Positions 18,513-28,298 of a DNA stretch of 64,000 nt are shown one piece after another. The number at the start of each line of letters is the position of its first letter. Position 1 is the stretch's first letter. This DNA is from a virus, in the IMG/VR virus record IMGVR_UViG_2902229301_000001, positions 683 through 64,682 of that record. One strand, given 5' to 3'. A program made the translations under genes and the position numbers. Under the pieces are notes generated by a model. It had not been told where the DNA came from, searched no databases, and saw only the letters and a list, made by a program, of their open reading frames with translations.

Positions 18513-19358
18513 TTAGCAGTCAGCTAACACGATGCCGGATTGCGGATTGCCGCCGGAAGCTGGGGGGCGTTGGCTAAAGTTGCCATCCTGTCCGGCAAGC
18601 TGTTCTTTCAGCTCGGTTAATGACTTATTCAGCGTCTCCACGTTGCCTTTCAGCTCGGTGTTTTGCGCTTGTAACGCGCTGAATGTTTCGGTTTTATCCA
18701 GCAGCTCACGTTGGCTTTTGGCGATCAGCTCAACCGCCTGTTTCAACTCGCCATTTTCTTTACTGAATCGTTGCTGACTGCCGGTTAGCAGCTCAGTGAT
18801 GCGGGAAAAGAAGTTTCGGCCAGCGTCGCCATTTGGCGCATCGTCTTCAAATTCAAGCGTGATCGGCATATCAGCGGCCGTGAAGAAACATTCAGGGCTG
18901 GTTTTTCGCCCGTCTAACGGGCCTTTTCCGCCGCACTTGGCGTTAAACTCCAGAATGCCGACGCCCAGACTGGCGGGATCGTCCGTCATTCCTAATCCCA
19001 TCAAATAGGCTTCTCCGGTGTCAGCAAAAGAAGGGTGAATTTCAACGCTGGGGTAAATCTTCTGGCGTTTTTTGTTCAATGCCACCATGTCATCAGTGGC
19101 ATCAATCTTGATTTGTAATGCCAGCTTGCCTTTGAGCGGCCCGTCTTGGATCTCAAATTCGCTCACTTCTTCCACGTCGCCATAGGCTCGAAAATCGCTG
19201 GTTGGCGAGTAACCGCGAATGTGTTCAAGGTTCACGCGAGCACCGCGCACCTGTTTGTTGAAGTTTTTCGCCATCTGCGAAATGTGCGCACGTTCAAGGG
19301 TGCGGCCGTCGCAGGTCGCGCCCTCAACAGCAGCAAGAAACGGTTTTGAAATCGGCAT
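18513..19358 (-). CDS. O: Capsid scaffold/protease O
   Basis: Start refined to MPISKPFLAAVEGATCDGR; NLEHIRG, TDDPASLG. Confidence 0.93.
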   Translation of the reverse strand: MPISKPFLAAVEGATCDGRTLERAHISQMAKNFNKQVRGARVNLEHIRGYSPTSDFRAYGDVEEVSEFEIQDGPLKGKLALQIKIDATDDMVALNKKRQKIYPSVEIHPSFADTGEAYLMGLGMTDDPASLGVGILEFNAKCGGKGPLDGRKTSPECFFTAADMPITLEFEDDAPNGDAGRNFFSRITELLTGSQQRFSKENGELKQAVELIAKSQRELLDKTETFSALQAQNTELKGNVETLNKSLTELKEQLAGQDGNFSQRPPASGGNPQSGIVLADC

Positions 19359-19440
19359 GGTAATGCTCCGGTGATAACAGGGTGTCTGTCTGATACCCCT
19401 ATCATCGCCACGCTTCACCGCAGGCGCTATCGGTGCCGAT

Positions 19441-19458
19441 TGTGGCGGAACCACGACA
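19441..19458. promoter_or_regulatory. Ogr box between divergent O and P
   Basis: TGT-GGCGGAACCACG-ACA. Confidence 0.7.
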
Positions 19459-19504
19459 ACGGGAGCCGATATTTTGCCGCGTGCGGGCGCGATAGCCTGT
19501 ATGC

Positions 19505-21217
19505 ATGAATCTACTCCCCGATATCCGCACAGAAGCCAAAAGCCTTTACTGGCAGGCCTATAGCATCCCTCAAATCGCGCAGCGGCTGGGGGTGAGCAAC
19601 AACACGCTCTATTCATGGCGACGGCGCGATAAGTGGGATGACAGCACGCCAATCCAGCGGGCACAGGAGCGCACAGAAGTACGCTATTTACGGCTGATAG
19701 AGAAAGACGATCTCACGCCGCATGACTTTAAAACCATCGACCTGCTAGGCCGTCAGATGGCACGTTTTTCACGCGATGAAAGAAAGGATCAGGAAAAGGA
19801 GACGCGGAAGAAAGCGCCGAAGAACCATTTTACGGACGAACAGATCGCAGAGTTGCGCGCCCTGGTACTGGAATCACTCTACGAGCATCAAAAGCGTTGG
19901 TACAAAAAGCGCAAACAGCGTAACCGCGCGATACTGAAAAGCCGGCAGATTGGCGCAAGCTGGTATTTTGCGCGTGAAGCGCTGCTGGATGCACTGGAAA
20001 CCGGCACGAACCAAATCTTTCTGTCAGCCAGTCGGGCGCAGGCTTACCAGTTCAAACGGTTTATTCAACTGCTGGCGTCCAGCATTGGCGTGGAACTGAA
20101 AGGCGGGGACGCGATTGTGCTGTCGAACGGCGCAACACTGTACTTCCTCGGTACGTCAGCGGCAACCGCACAGAGCTACACCGGCAATCTGTACTTTGAT
20201 GAATTCTTTTGGGTTAGCAACTTTCTTAACCTGCGTAAAGTCGCGGCGGGGATGGCAACGCAAAAAGGGTTACGCCGCACGTATTTTTCCACGCCATCTA
20301 GTGAAGAACATGAAGCCTACACGTTCTGGACAGGGGATTTCTTTAACAAAAGCCGCCCTAAAGCGGAACGGGTAGAAATCGACGTTACCCATAAGGTACT
20401 GAAGAAAGGGCTGCTGTGCGGGGACAATATCTGGCGGCAGATCGTCACCATTCATGACACGTTAGAGCAAGGTTTTGACCTGGTTGATCTGGATGAAATT
20501 AAGTCTGAAAACAGCCCTGACGATTTTGAAAACCTCTACGCCTGCCGCTTTGTCAGCGTCGGTGAGCGCGCCTTTGACTATACCGCGCTGATTAACTGCG
20601 GTGTTGATGGCTATAACGATGATGTCTGGCCGGACTGGCGACCCTACACGCAGCGGCCGTTAGGTAACCGCCCCGTATGGATAGGCTACGATCCGAGCGG
20701 TGACAGCGGCACGGGGGACAGTGCCGGTTTGTCCATCGTTTCCCCGCCCGCTGTTCCTGGCGGCAAGTTCCGCGTGATCGAGATACGACAGTTACGCGGC
20801 ATGACCTTTGAAAAACAGGCCGAAGTCATTAAAGAGCTGACCCACCAATACAACGTGCAGTTTATCGGCATTGATAGCACTGGCAACGGTAGCGCCGTGC
20901 ATCAGCTTGTTGTTAAGTTTTTCCCCGCCGCCGTGAAATATCAATACTCGCCCAGCGTGAAACGTGAACTGGTACTGAAAGCCCAAATGCTGATCCGCGC
21001 GGGGCGGTTTGAGTATGACGCGGGGATGATGGAGCTGGCCCGTTCCTTTATGACAGTACGGAAATTTGTGACGCAGGGCGGCATGACGTCGTATGCATCA
21101 GACAGGACAAAAGGCAGCAGCCACGGTGACATTGCCTGGGCAACCATGCACGCGTTACACAATGAACCAATCGGCAGCGAGTCGGGCGGTAATGATGGAT
21201 TTATTCAGGAGTTCTAA
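19505..21217 (+). CDS. P: Terminase ATPase subunit P
   Basis: KSRQIGASWYFAREAL, AQSYTGNLYFDE, HGDIAWATMHAL. Confidence 0.95.
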   Translation: MNLLPDIRTEAKSLYWQAYSIPQIAQRLGVSNNTLYSWRRRDKWDDSTPIQRAQERTEVRYLRLIEKDDLTPHDFKTIDLLGRQMARFSRDERKDQEKETRKKAPKNHFTDEQIAELRALVLESLYEHQKRWYKKRKQRNRAILKSRQIGASWYFAREALLDALETGTNQIFLSASRAQAYQFKRFIQLLASSIGVELKGGDAIVLSNGATLYFLGTSAATAQSYTGNLYFDEFFWVSNFLNLRKVAAGMATQKGLRRTYFSTPSSEEHEAYTFWTGDFFNKSRPKAERVEIDVTHKVLKKGLLCGDNIWRQIVTIHDTLEQGFDLVDLDEIKSENSPDDFENLYACRFVSVGERAFDYTALINCGVDGYNDDVWPDWRPYTQRPLGNRPVWIGYDPSGDSGTGDSAGLSIVSPPAVPGGKFRVIEIRQLRGMTFEKQAEVIKELTHQYNVQFIGIDSTGNGSAVHQLVVKFFPAAVKYQYSPSVKRELVLKAQMLIRAGRFEYDAGMMELARSFMTVRKFVTQGGMTSYASDRTKGSSHGDIAWATMHALHNEPIGSESGGNDGFIQEF

Positions 21218-21219
21218 CC

Positions 21220-22287
21220 ATGTCACGTAAGAAACAGCACTCGCGCACAGCCAGTCAACGCAGCACAGAGGCACAGACACCCGTAACGGGGGAATTGATT
21301 CAACAGCCGATTGAGTCACTACAGTCTTTCTCGTTTGGCGACGCACAACCCATCATGGACAGACGCGACCTGTTGGACTGCATGGAGTGCGCCAGAAATG
21401 GCCGTTGGTATGAACCACCGATCAGCACCTACGGCCTAGCGCGAATGTTTGACGTCGCCGTGCATCATCAGTCACCGATACTGTTCAAACGCAATGTCAT
21501 TATGTCCTGCTACGAGCCACACCCGCTGTTATCACGGCAGGATGCCAGCGCCTTTGTACTCGATTGGCTGGTATTCGGTAACGCCTATCTGGAACTGAGA
21601 AAGAACCGCTTCGGCCAACCGCTGAAGCTGAAGCATACCCACGCAAAGTACACCCGACGTGGGGAGAACCTGGATCAATACTGGTTCGTGACGTACTACG
21701 CCAACGATCACGAATTCGAGCCAGGCAGCGTGTTTCACGTTAAAAGCCCCAGCATTCACCAGGAAATCTACGGCACACCGGAATACATGGCGGTGATCCA
21801 ATCTGCAATGCTGAATGGGGAAGCCACGCTTTTCCGGCGCAATTACTACATCAACGGGAGCCATGCGGGGGTGATCGTCTACCTCACCGATCCCATCACC
21901 AACAATGCTGACGTCGAGCAATTGAAGAAATCGCTGAAAGATGCGCGTGGCAATGGGGCATTTAAGAACCTGTTTGTTTACGCGGCAGGCGGGAAGAAAG
22001 ACGGCCTGCAAATCCTGCCATTTAGCCAGATTGCGGCCAAAGATGAGTTTACCGGCATCAAGGACGCTACCCGCGACGACATGTTAGCCGCGCACCGTGT
22101 CCCACCCAATTTAATGGGGATTATGCCGAACAATGCAGGGGGATTTGGTGACGTGGAGAAAGCCGCGAAGGTATTCGCCATCAACGAACTCATGCCAATT
22201 ATGGAAAGTCTGAAAGAACTTAACGATTGGTTAGGGATAGAAGTGCTTCGGTTCAAGCCTTATGCTCTGGCCGAAGGTGCAATGTAA
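21220..22287 (+). CDS. Q: Portal protein Q
   Basis: WYEPP, HHQSPI.FKRN, NGSHAG, AAHRVPP.LMG. Confidence 0.95.
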   Translation: MSRKKQHSRTASQRSTEAQTPVTGELIQQPIESLQSFSFGDAQPIMDRRDLLDCMECARNGRWYEPPISTYGLARMFDVAVHHQSPILFKRNVIMSCYEPHPLLSRQDASAFVLDWLVFGNAYLELRKNRFGQPLKLKHTHAKYTRRGENLDQYWFVTYYANDHEFEPGSVFHVKSPSIHQEIYGTPEYMAVIQSAMLNGEATLFRRNYYINGSHAGVIVYLTDPITNNADVEQLKKSLKDARGNGAFKNLFVYAAGGKKDGLQILPFSQIAAKDEFTGIKDATRDDMLAAHRVPPNLMGIMPNNAGGFGDVEKAAKVFAINELMPIMESLKELNDWLGIEVLRFKPYALAEGAM

Positions 22288-22332
22288 CCGCGAAAGTCAT
22301 TCAAAACCATTCACCCAGCTACCAAACACAAG

Positions 22333-22363
22333 ACCGGACAGCCGTAAGGTTGCCCGGTTTTTT
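22333..22363 (+). terminator. Intrinsic terminator after Q
   Basis: ACCGGACAGC...GTTGCCCGGT hairpin followed by T-run. Confidence 0.6.
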
Positions 22364-22516
22364 CATGTCTGCATAAAAGCGCTTGAATGCCATTCTGAGC
22401 ACCGCAACAGGAGAATGATGTCGCGATTGACCGAGATCGAGACAGCGCAATAGCGACGTGATGAGGATGCAGCAGCATATGAACCAGCATACCCCTCTTA
22501 TCCCCCTCAGCGCGCG

Positions 22517-22535
22517 AGGGTTCCCCCGCCACGCC
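22517..22535 (-). other. Putative cos site of prophage 1
   Basis: GGCGTGGCGGGGGAACCCT resembles P2/186 19-nt cohesive ends; located between Q and A. Confidence 0.65.
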
Positions 22536-22710
22536 CGCACACGAAAGTAGCGCGTTTCTATGCAGCTGTGCAGTAGGGACAAACCCGCGCCAGATCTGGC
22601 ACGGGTAGGGGGTAGTAGCATCAAAAAAATTGTGCATTGATGTGCGGGGTTGTGCAGTGATTTTTACTAAAAAAATGCCCCACTGATGGGGCATAGATAG
22701 TGCTTATTTT

Positions 22711-23025
22711 TTACCCTTTTTTAAACTCTTCATAAGCTTTTTTATGAGCATCATTATTATCAACAACCCAGCTAACAACATCAGTGCGAGACTGAGTGCC
22801 TGAAGGAAGAAATTGCCTGATTGACCATTCAATACGTTGCTTTGTTTCAATAGACATCTTATCGCTGTTAGAAAAACCCTCATTTAACAAATACAGCATT
22901 TCATACCCTTCGTACCGACTAAAACGCTCTCCGTCAGATTTCTTTTTCTTCGGATCATCGCCTTGCTGCTTGGCTTTCCAATTATAATCGTCATATAAGA
23001 GGTCATCTTTTGTAATATCAGTCAT
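22711..23025 (-). CDS. Hypothetical 104-aa protein in the A-Q accessory hotspot
   Basis: AT-rich ORF with RBS (AAAGGA) and own terminator hairpin at ~22676-22695. Confidence 0.8.
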   Translation of the reverse strand: MTDITKDDLLYDDYNWKAKQQGDDPKKKKSDGERFSRYEGYEMLYLLNEGFSNSDKMSIETKQRIEWSIRQFLPSGTQSRTDVVSWVVDNNDAHKKAYEEFKKG

Positions 23026-23272
23026 TTTACTTTCCTTTAGTCAGAGTAATTTGATTACCAAATGAGTAATCATTGAAAGGAATATCTGAAATCGATCACT
23101 TAGCCAACATTTAGTAACCCGCTAATATTAATGACATTGGTGACTAATTTTTTCTATAAATTATATCCATCTATTTTATTTAACTCAGCCATCACCGCCA
23201 ACCGTTCTGCTGGCGTCATGCCCGATACTTAGCCGCCCATCTTTCTGCTTTTCGCTTGATACGATGCCGACT

Positions 23273-23533
23273 TCATTTGTCGTTTTCTTGCTTGTCCCGA
23301 TATTTCTTTTCTGCTGCGGCGATCATCGCTTGATGCTCTGGATAATCACGAAACACATTGCCGTCAGGCTGTTCAGTGAGTTGCTGTGTTTCCGACAAGC
23401 TATTGTTGCACGGTTTTTTATCTGAATCAGACTGTTTGTGCTGTAATTCCCGCGCCTCGTGCGAGTATTCGCGATAATGAAGCCAGCGCTGATAACTCTC
23501 TTCGTTTTCAAAATCATCGTCATACTTTCCCAT
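23273..23533 (-). CDS. Hypothetical 86-aa protein downstream of A
   Basis: ATG at 23533 overlapping A stop, GGG-containing RBS; no family recognised. Confidence 0.55.
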   Translation of the reverse strand: MGKYDDDFENEESYQRWLHYREYSHEARELQHKQSDSDKKPCNNSLSETQQLTEQPDGNVFRDYPEHQAMIAAAEKKYRDKQENDK

Positions 23534-26144
23534 ACTGCCCCCTGTTAATGAGTGCAACTTTAAGTCTTTGCAAAAGCACATCATTTTCTTGCTTTCTTTC
23601 AGCTTTATGCCTTTGCTCCGCTTCTTCATGGCGCTGTTCAATCGCTGCCGTTCCGATCAGCTTCGCTGTACATGCAAGACATAAACTTTCGTTGCCATAT
23701 TCATGATCTTCCTGAGTTAACTCAGTATGACAATGCTTTGCACGACAATATGATGCTTTGGTTTTTTCTATCAGGTAACCGTCCTTGAGATAAACCCGCC
23801 GATCACCGAAAGAAAGCGCTGCGCCGCACCGAAGAACGTAAATATCACGCTCCGATTTTATGCCCCAGGCTGAAAGCTGATATCTAAGGGTATCAGTCAT
23901 TGGTACAGGGTGCGCTGTGCTGATTTTCCTTATCGGTGCGTTATTACGGATCGCGGCGGCGGCTTTCATATAGCTTTCAGCCCTTACCTGATCTGTGCCA
24001 TCACAATCTGCTGACATAATGGTGTTAGCCATCGACTCAAACATAGCAACAGGTGACTGTTGACGTTCTGGTTTGTAATTTTTGAGGCTTTCACTCAGTC
24101 GTTTTTTCTTCTCACGAGTCATTTGGCCGATTTCAAACTGTTCTGGCTCTTCCGATGGTGGTTTTTTAATCAATGTATTTGTTTGTTTTTTGACCTCGGT
24201 ACAGTTATTGACACGAGTCCTAGAGGGCGCGGGCGCGCCCCGAAGGTCAAAAGCAACGTCAACGGCCTGGCCTGCGCCGTCTGAAATTACCGATTTCATC
24301 TTCACAATACGGTAGGTATGCAAACGGGTTTCGATGGGTGGGATAGGCGCGGTAGGCATCACCAACCCCTTAATAAGACTCTGATACTCACCGTAAGCGT
24401 TAGGCTCGTCTTTTTGTTGATACCAGATGCGTAGCGGAAGATTGCGACGGGCAACCAGCGCGCCGCCTTGCAACATCGTATATTCCTGCCAATCGCCACC
24501 ATCAGCAGCGCGGTGTAGCTCAGCAAATAGCGGGTTTATCTTGTCAGCTAATGTCTGGTTGCGAAAACGGCGTAACTCGCGCCAGACAGAAACCGGCGCA
24601 CCGCCTAAAAATTGAAACTGACGAATGCCCCAACATGAAGCCCATGCGGTAGCATGCTTAGACGTTTCTTTTAGCGGTTTACCGCTTTCGTCGTCGGTTT
24701 CGTCGTCAAGGGCGTAGCCATCAATATTCTTACTGATGTACTTCACCACATAGCCGGTAGCACTGCCGATTTCATGATCGATAGGTTTCATTTCAAACCG
24801 TGGCCGTTTGCCGTGCTTTCCCTGCAATTCTTCTGCGTCTTCACGGGTGGCGTAGTCCTGCATCACTTCCAGTAACTCGCCAGCATGCTCCGGTAATGAG
24901 AACAGCAAACCATGCCAGTGCGGTGTGCCGTCATGATGTGACTCTGCCACTCGCAGGCCAAAGACAGGGATTTCACGGCGCGCCAATTCTGCACGGATCT
25001 GCTGCCAAACCCGATTAAGATAACGTTGCGTTAATCTGGGGCTAGCCCCGTTCCATTTAGGGTTACGATGCCCAAACATGGTGTAGGCGTGATATTTAGA
25101 GGGGGCGGTCAGTGTAAAAAATTGACCAGAAAAACCACTGTCGTTGGCGACCTTCTCAAACCCGCCAATACGAGTCATAAGCTCTACGCGACGTAGCGCG
25201 GGGTTAGATATGCTTTTATCGATCTGCTCAATCAGTGAAATACGCTCTTTTGTATCCTGATCTTCCAGCTCAAGACGCGCCATGATTGCGCGACTGCGTT
25301 TACGCCTGGCGTCCCACTCTTCAACATGGTGCTTACTGCAATAAGGTGCTGCTCCGCGCTTCACATCGCCAAAAGCAATGTGCAGGTGCTCGCGCCAACG
25401 TATTGCGTATTTTTTAAGATTGCGGTGCCAGTAGCCCTCATCCAGCATTTTACTGATGCCAGATGCCGCATCATCAATAAACAGTTTTCCTCGGCAATAC
25501 TTCCCCCACCTCGGAGGAGCGAGGAAGAAAAGCCGCGCAAGGTTTGCCGCTTCGGTGTAAAGGTATCCCGCGCACTGATGGTCATCTAATGCGGTCACGG
25601 TTTCATTCACTTCACTCAAGACCGCACGCATGTAGATAGCCACATCCTGTGCCAGTAACTCAACATCTTCAGGGGTGAAATCTGGCAGGTGGTTAAAGCG
25701 CTCAACCAATCCGTGAAGGGTAGTGAACGTATGGTGGAGCGGATTTAGCTCACTGAATACCGTGTCATTTTGGGATATCGCATCCTCGTTTGTCGCAATC
25801 GCGTATTGCTCATTAACCATGTTGATGTGAGGCAGATCCCTGCGAATAATATCGCGCAGTGACAGACGGGCTATATGCCTGCCTTTCATGGTGTGAATGC
25901 TGTCAATACGCGACGTTAGACGCAGGCGGATAAAGCGAGGTAGCGGCGCGAGGGTTCGTTTTACCCACGCCAAAAACTCCTGTTCTTGACCCAGCTCAGC
26001 GAGATCAACAACAGGAGTCTTATCAACAAAAATAGCGGCTTTGGGCTTCTGCCATTCGTAATCGTACTGGGTAGCGTCTGGTGCGCTACCCAGAAACGGT
26101 GGGGGTGGTGTTGGGGTTGCTCGTCCGCGTGATTTCGGCGTCAC
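23520..26144 (-). CDS. A: Rolling-circle replication initiator A
   Basis: FFTLTAPSKYH, E.HHDGTPHWH (HUH), YVVKYISKNIDGY. Confidence 0.95.
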   Translation of the reverse strand: MTPKSRGRATPTPPPPFLGSAPDATQYDYEWQKPKAAIFVDKTPVVDLAELGQEQEFLAWVKRTLAPLPRFIRLRLTSRIDSIHTMKGRHIARLSLRDIIRRDLPHINMVNEQYAIATNEDAISQNDTVFSELNPLHHTFTTLHGLVERFNHLPDFTPEDVELLAQDVAIYMRAVLSEVNETVTALDDHQCAGYLYTEAANLARLFFLAPPRWGKYCRGKLFIDDAASGISKMLDEGYWHRNLKKYAIRWREHLHIAFGDVKRGAAPYCSKHHVEEWDARRKRSRAIMARLELEDQDTKERISLIEQIDKSISNPALRRVELMTRIGGFEKVANDSGFSGQFFTLTAPSKYHAYTMFGHRNPKWNGASPRLTQRYLNRVWQQIRAELARREIPVFGLRVAESHHDGTPHWHGLLFSLPEHAGELLEVMQDYATREDAEELQGKHGKRPRFEMKPIDHEIGSATGYVVKYISKNIDGYALDDETDDESGKPLKETSKHATAWASCWGIRQFQFLGGAPVSVWRELRRFRNQTLADKINPLFAELHRAADGGDWQEYTMLQGGALVARRNLPLRIWYQQKDEPNAYGEYQSLIKGLVMPTAPIPPIETRLHTYRIVKMKSVISDGAGQAVDVAFDLRGAPAPSRTRVNNCTEVKKQTNTLIKKPPSEEPEQFEIGQMTREKKKRLSESLKNYKPERQQSPVAMFESMANTIMSADCDGTDQVRAESYMKAAAAIRNNAPIRKISTAHPVPMTDTLRYQLSAWGIKSERDIYVLRCGAALSFGDRRVYLKDGYLIEKTKASYCRAKHCHTELTQEDHEYGNESLCLACTAKLIGTAAIEQRHEEAEQRHKAERKQENDVLLQRLKVALINRGQYGKV
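24201..24230 (-). other. Putative rolling-circle ori within A
   Basis: GCGCCCTCTAGGACTCGTGTCAATAACTGT, similar to P2 ori and at the equivalent VNNC codons. Confidence 0.6.
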
Positions 26145-26995
26145 TCACAAACCCCAGCAAATATTCCGCCACAGGTTTTCAGCACGCCGATCACTTCTTT
26201 TGCGGCACCGCGAGTGATGACGTTTGCGCTGATAGAGCGGTGAACCGCGATTTCATGGAATTGATAGTTTTGATAAATCTCGCGTGTGGCGGGCGTATCG
26301 CTGTTTGAGATAACAATCGATGCACCCGTTTCACGGTTAACGCGTAACAGCACATCAGCTAACTCCCTGTGCTGGGCTGGTGTAAATGCAGATGTATGAT
26401 ATTGCGTGAAATTGGCTGTATCACTGGAGGGAAGATACGGCGGGTCGCAATAGATAACGGTGCTTTTGTTTATCCCTTTGATTGTCAGAGTCTTGCGGAA
26501 ATCTGCCACGGAAAAAATGGTTTCAGTGTCGTTGGCTTTTTCTGCAAACTGTCTGATTTCCTGTTCGGGAAAATAGGTTTTTTTGTATTGTCCGAATGGG
26601 ATATTAAAATCCCCTGAATTGTTATAACGGCACAGCCCGTTAAAGCCATGCCGATTCAAATATAAAAATAGCGCGGCTGTAACTGTGCTAGGGTTTGATT
26701 TTTGATAGTTAAAGCTAAGTCGATTGCTGTTATACGTATCTACATTATTGCCGCCATTAAACAGATCCTGCGCCGTTGTTATTAACCGCTTTGTATCATA
26801 AGCGGCGCATTGATATAAATTAATCAGATCAGGGTTGATATCGGCCAGCACGTAGCTGGGATAGTCGGTATTCAGGAACACAGACGCGCCGCCGACAAAG
26901 GGTTCGATGAGGCAATCACCTTTTGGCAGGATCGGCAGTAAATCAGGCAGGACGCGGGTTTTACCCCCCGCCCATTTGATGAACGGGCGGATCAT
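26141..26995 (-). CDS. dam: DNA adenine methyltransferase
   Basis: KWAGGK, EPFVGGASVF, YCDPPY motifs. Confidence 0.93.
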   Translation of the reverse strand: MIRPFIKWAGGKTRVLPDLLPILPKGDCLIEPFVGGASVFLNTDYPSYVLADINPDLINLYQCAAYDTKRLITTAQDLFNGGNNVDTYNSNRLSFNYQKSNPSTVTAALFLYLNRHGFNGLCRYNNSGDFNIPFGQYKKTYFPEQEIRQFAEKANDTETIFSVADFRKTLTIKGINKSTVIYCDPPYLPSSDTANFTQYHTSAFTPAQHRELADVLLRVNRETGASIVISNSDTPATREIYQNYQFHEIAVHRSISANVITRGAAKEVIGVLKTCGGIFAGVCE

Positions 26996-27225
26996 ATGAT
27001 GATCTCCTGTGACGAATGCTCAAACCGCTCAGCTTCTTTGCGCAGCAACTCGATAACCTCTGCGGCTGAAAACTCTTTTTGCTGCGCATGAAGTGCCAGC
27101 GCTGCAAGACGTTGAGAAAATGACCAGTGCTGGTCTTTTTTTTCTTCCAAACGTGCTTTTCCCAGCAGTGAAACAAGTGCATCGCTGCCGGCTACTTGCA
27201 TCGCTTTAACTTCTGCATTTCTCAT
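26992..27225 (-). CDS. DUF2732-like early protein
   Basis: LL..AR.EE+K....FS.RL..LA......SA.E.IELLR.EAE; homologue at 60461-60709. Confidence 0.75.
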   Translation of the reverse strand: MRNAEVKAMQVAGSDALVSLLGKARLEEKKDQHWSFSQRLAALALHAQQKEFSAAEVIELLRKEAERFEHSSQEIII

Positions 27226-27295
27226 CGTGATTTCCTTTTTTCAGGTAATAGAAAGCCCGGCGGGTTTACGCCTTTAAAAACGGGAGTTATTAAAG

Positions 27296-27658
27296 TTAAA
27301 GAGTTAAATGTTTGGGGAATAAACTCACAACTGCTTTAAGTTTATTCATCGCCTTAATCAGCTTTGCTTTTTCTTCAGTTGTCAGTTCATTAAATCTCAG
27401 GTTATGCCGTTCCTTATTAATATCTGCTAATTCAAATATCGCTGATAGCACGCGCATATTATCTGAATGCGTTGATTTTCTATCCTTACGGTTTCCGTCA
27501 TAAAATCTTTCATCGCGCAGATCATCAATAAATCGGCACATTTCTTTTTCACTGTTTGTGTGGAAGTGTTTCCCTCTCAGCATTGCTATGTGATTAAGCC
27601 CGTCAGTTCTGGCCGCGATACTCAGCGGAACGGCGCGGGCGGCTTCGGTATTAGCCAT
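27296..27658 (-). CDS. Early protein, DUF5347/gpB-position family
   Basis: GLNHIAMLRGKHF...LT.EEK..LIKAMN; syntenic with gpB. Confidence 0.6.
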   Translation of the reverse strand: MANTEAARAVPLSIAARTDGLNHIAMLRGKHFHTNSEKEMCRFIDDLRDERFYDGNRKDRKSTHSDNMRVLSAIFELADINKERHNLRFNELTTEEKAKLIKAMNKLKAVVSLFPKHLTL

Positions 27659-27663
27659 GACGG

Positions 27664-27861
27664 TTACGCCGCAATACCCATCAGGCGGGCAAACCAGCGG
27701 CGTTTTTTAGGCGCTGGCATATAGGGCTTTTTGCTCCAGGGTGCAAAGTAAGCCTGGGCGGGAGTTGGCTGGAAACGCTTGCCGTTTGGTAATTCCAACC
27801 AACCTTTTTCTTGCTGCGGGGATGGTGATTTTTCCTTTAATAAACGCGCTGTGCTAATCAT
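27664..27861 (-). CDS. fil: Fil-like (DUF2724) filamentation protein
   Basis: MIS.ARLLK..SPSP...GW.ELPNG.R.QP; homologue at 61269-61502. Confidence 0.7.
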   Translation of the reverse strand: MISTARLLKEKSPSPQQEKGWLELPNGKRFQPTPAQAYFAPWSKKPYMPAPKKRRWFARLMGIAA

Positions 27862-28067
27862 ATTACCGCCTCTAAAATTTTCTTGGTTAAGTAAAAAATA
27901 AAAAGCGCAGATACTGCAACTACAGCTACTTTTAAAAAAACAATATATGTGTTTATTAAATCTCTGTGGAAAGGTAGTTCTTTATCCCTCCATCGTTTAG
28001 TTACAACCACACCTAGGAATAAACAAACAATGATTTCTGAAAGAATGAATATTAGATTGTCACGCAT
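27858..28067 (-). CDS. Small AT-rich two-TM membrane protein
   Basis: Two hydrophobic segments; overlaps both neighbours (translational coupling). Confidence 0.6.
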   Translation of the reverse strand: MRDNLIFILSEIIVCLFLGVVVTKRWRDKELPFHRDLINTYIVFLKVAVVAVSALFIFYLTKKILEAVI

Positions 28068-28296
28068 GAATACAACCTCTCATTTCGTGCAGTCCATTAA
28101 TATAAGAAGTTGCTTGCCCTAATGCGTCAAATAACCCGAATGATTGATCGCCTTGACTCACTCGATAACGCGTTATCGGGTTAGTTGCTGTTCTGGGGCA
28201 GCGAATAATAGAAAATCCGCGATAAACGCTGGTATGTTCGCTGACTTTAATTAATGCATGATCGATACCTAAAAATACCAGCCGATTTTTTTCCAT
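28060..28296 (-). CDS. DUF4761-like early protein
   Basis: H...YRGF.I...PR...NPITRYRV....Q.FG.FDAL. Confidence 0.65.
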   Translation of the reverse strand: MEKNRLVFLGIDHALIKVSEHTSVYRGFSIIRCPRTATNPITRYRVSQGDQSFGLFDALGQATSYINGLHEMRGCIHA

Positions 28297-28298
28297 GA

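Noticed and set aside
18513-19664. 383-aa version of gpO
   Set aside because: The N-terminal extension overlaps the promoter region and gene P; the true start is at 19358
22311-22694. Overlapping ORFs across the cos region (127 and 101 aa)
   Set aside because: They span the cos and terminator region, have no RBS or motif, and are probably spurious
23154-23275. Two micro-ORFs (15 and 22 aa) after the 86-aa gene; possible frameshifted remnant
   Set aside because: Too short, no recognisable family, different frames; cannot support a gene or pseudogene call
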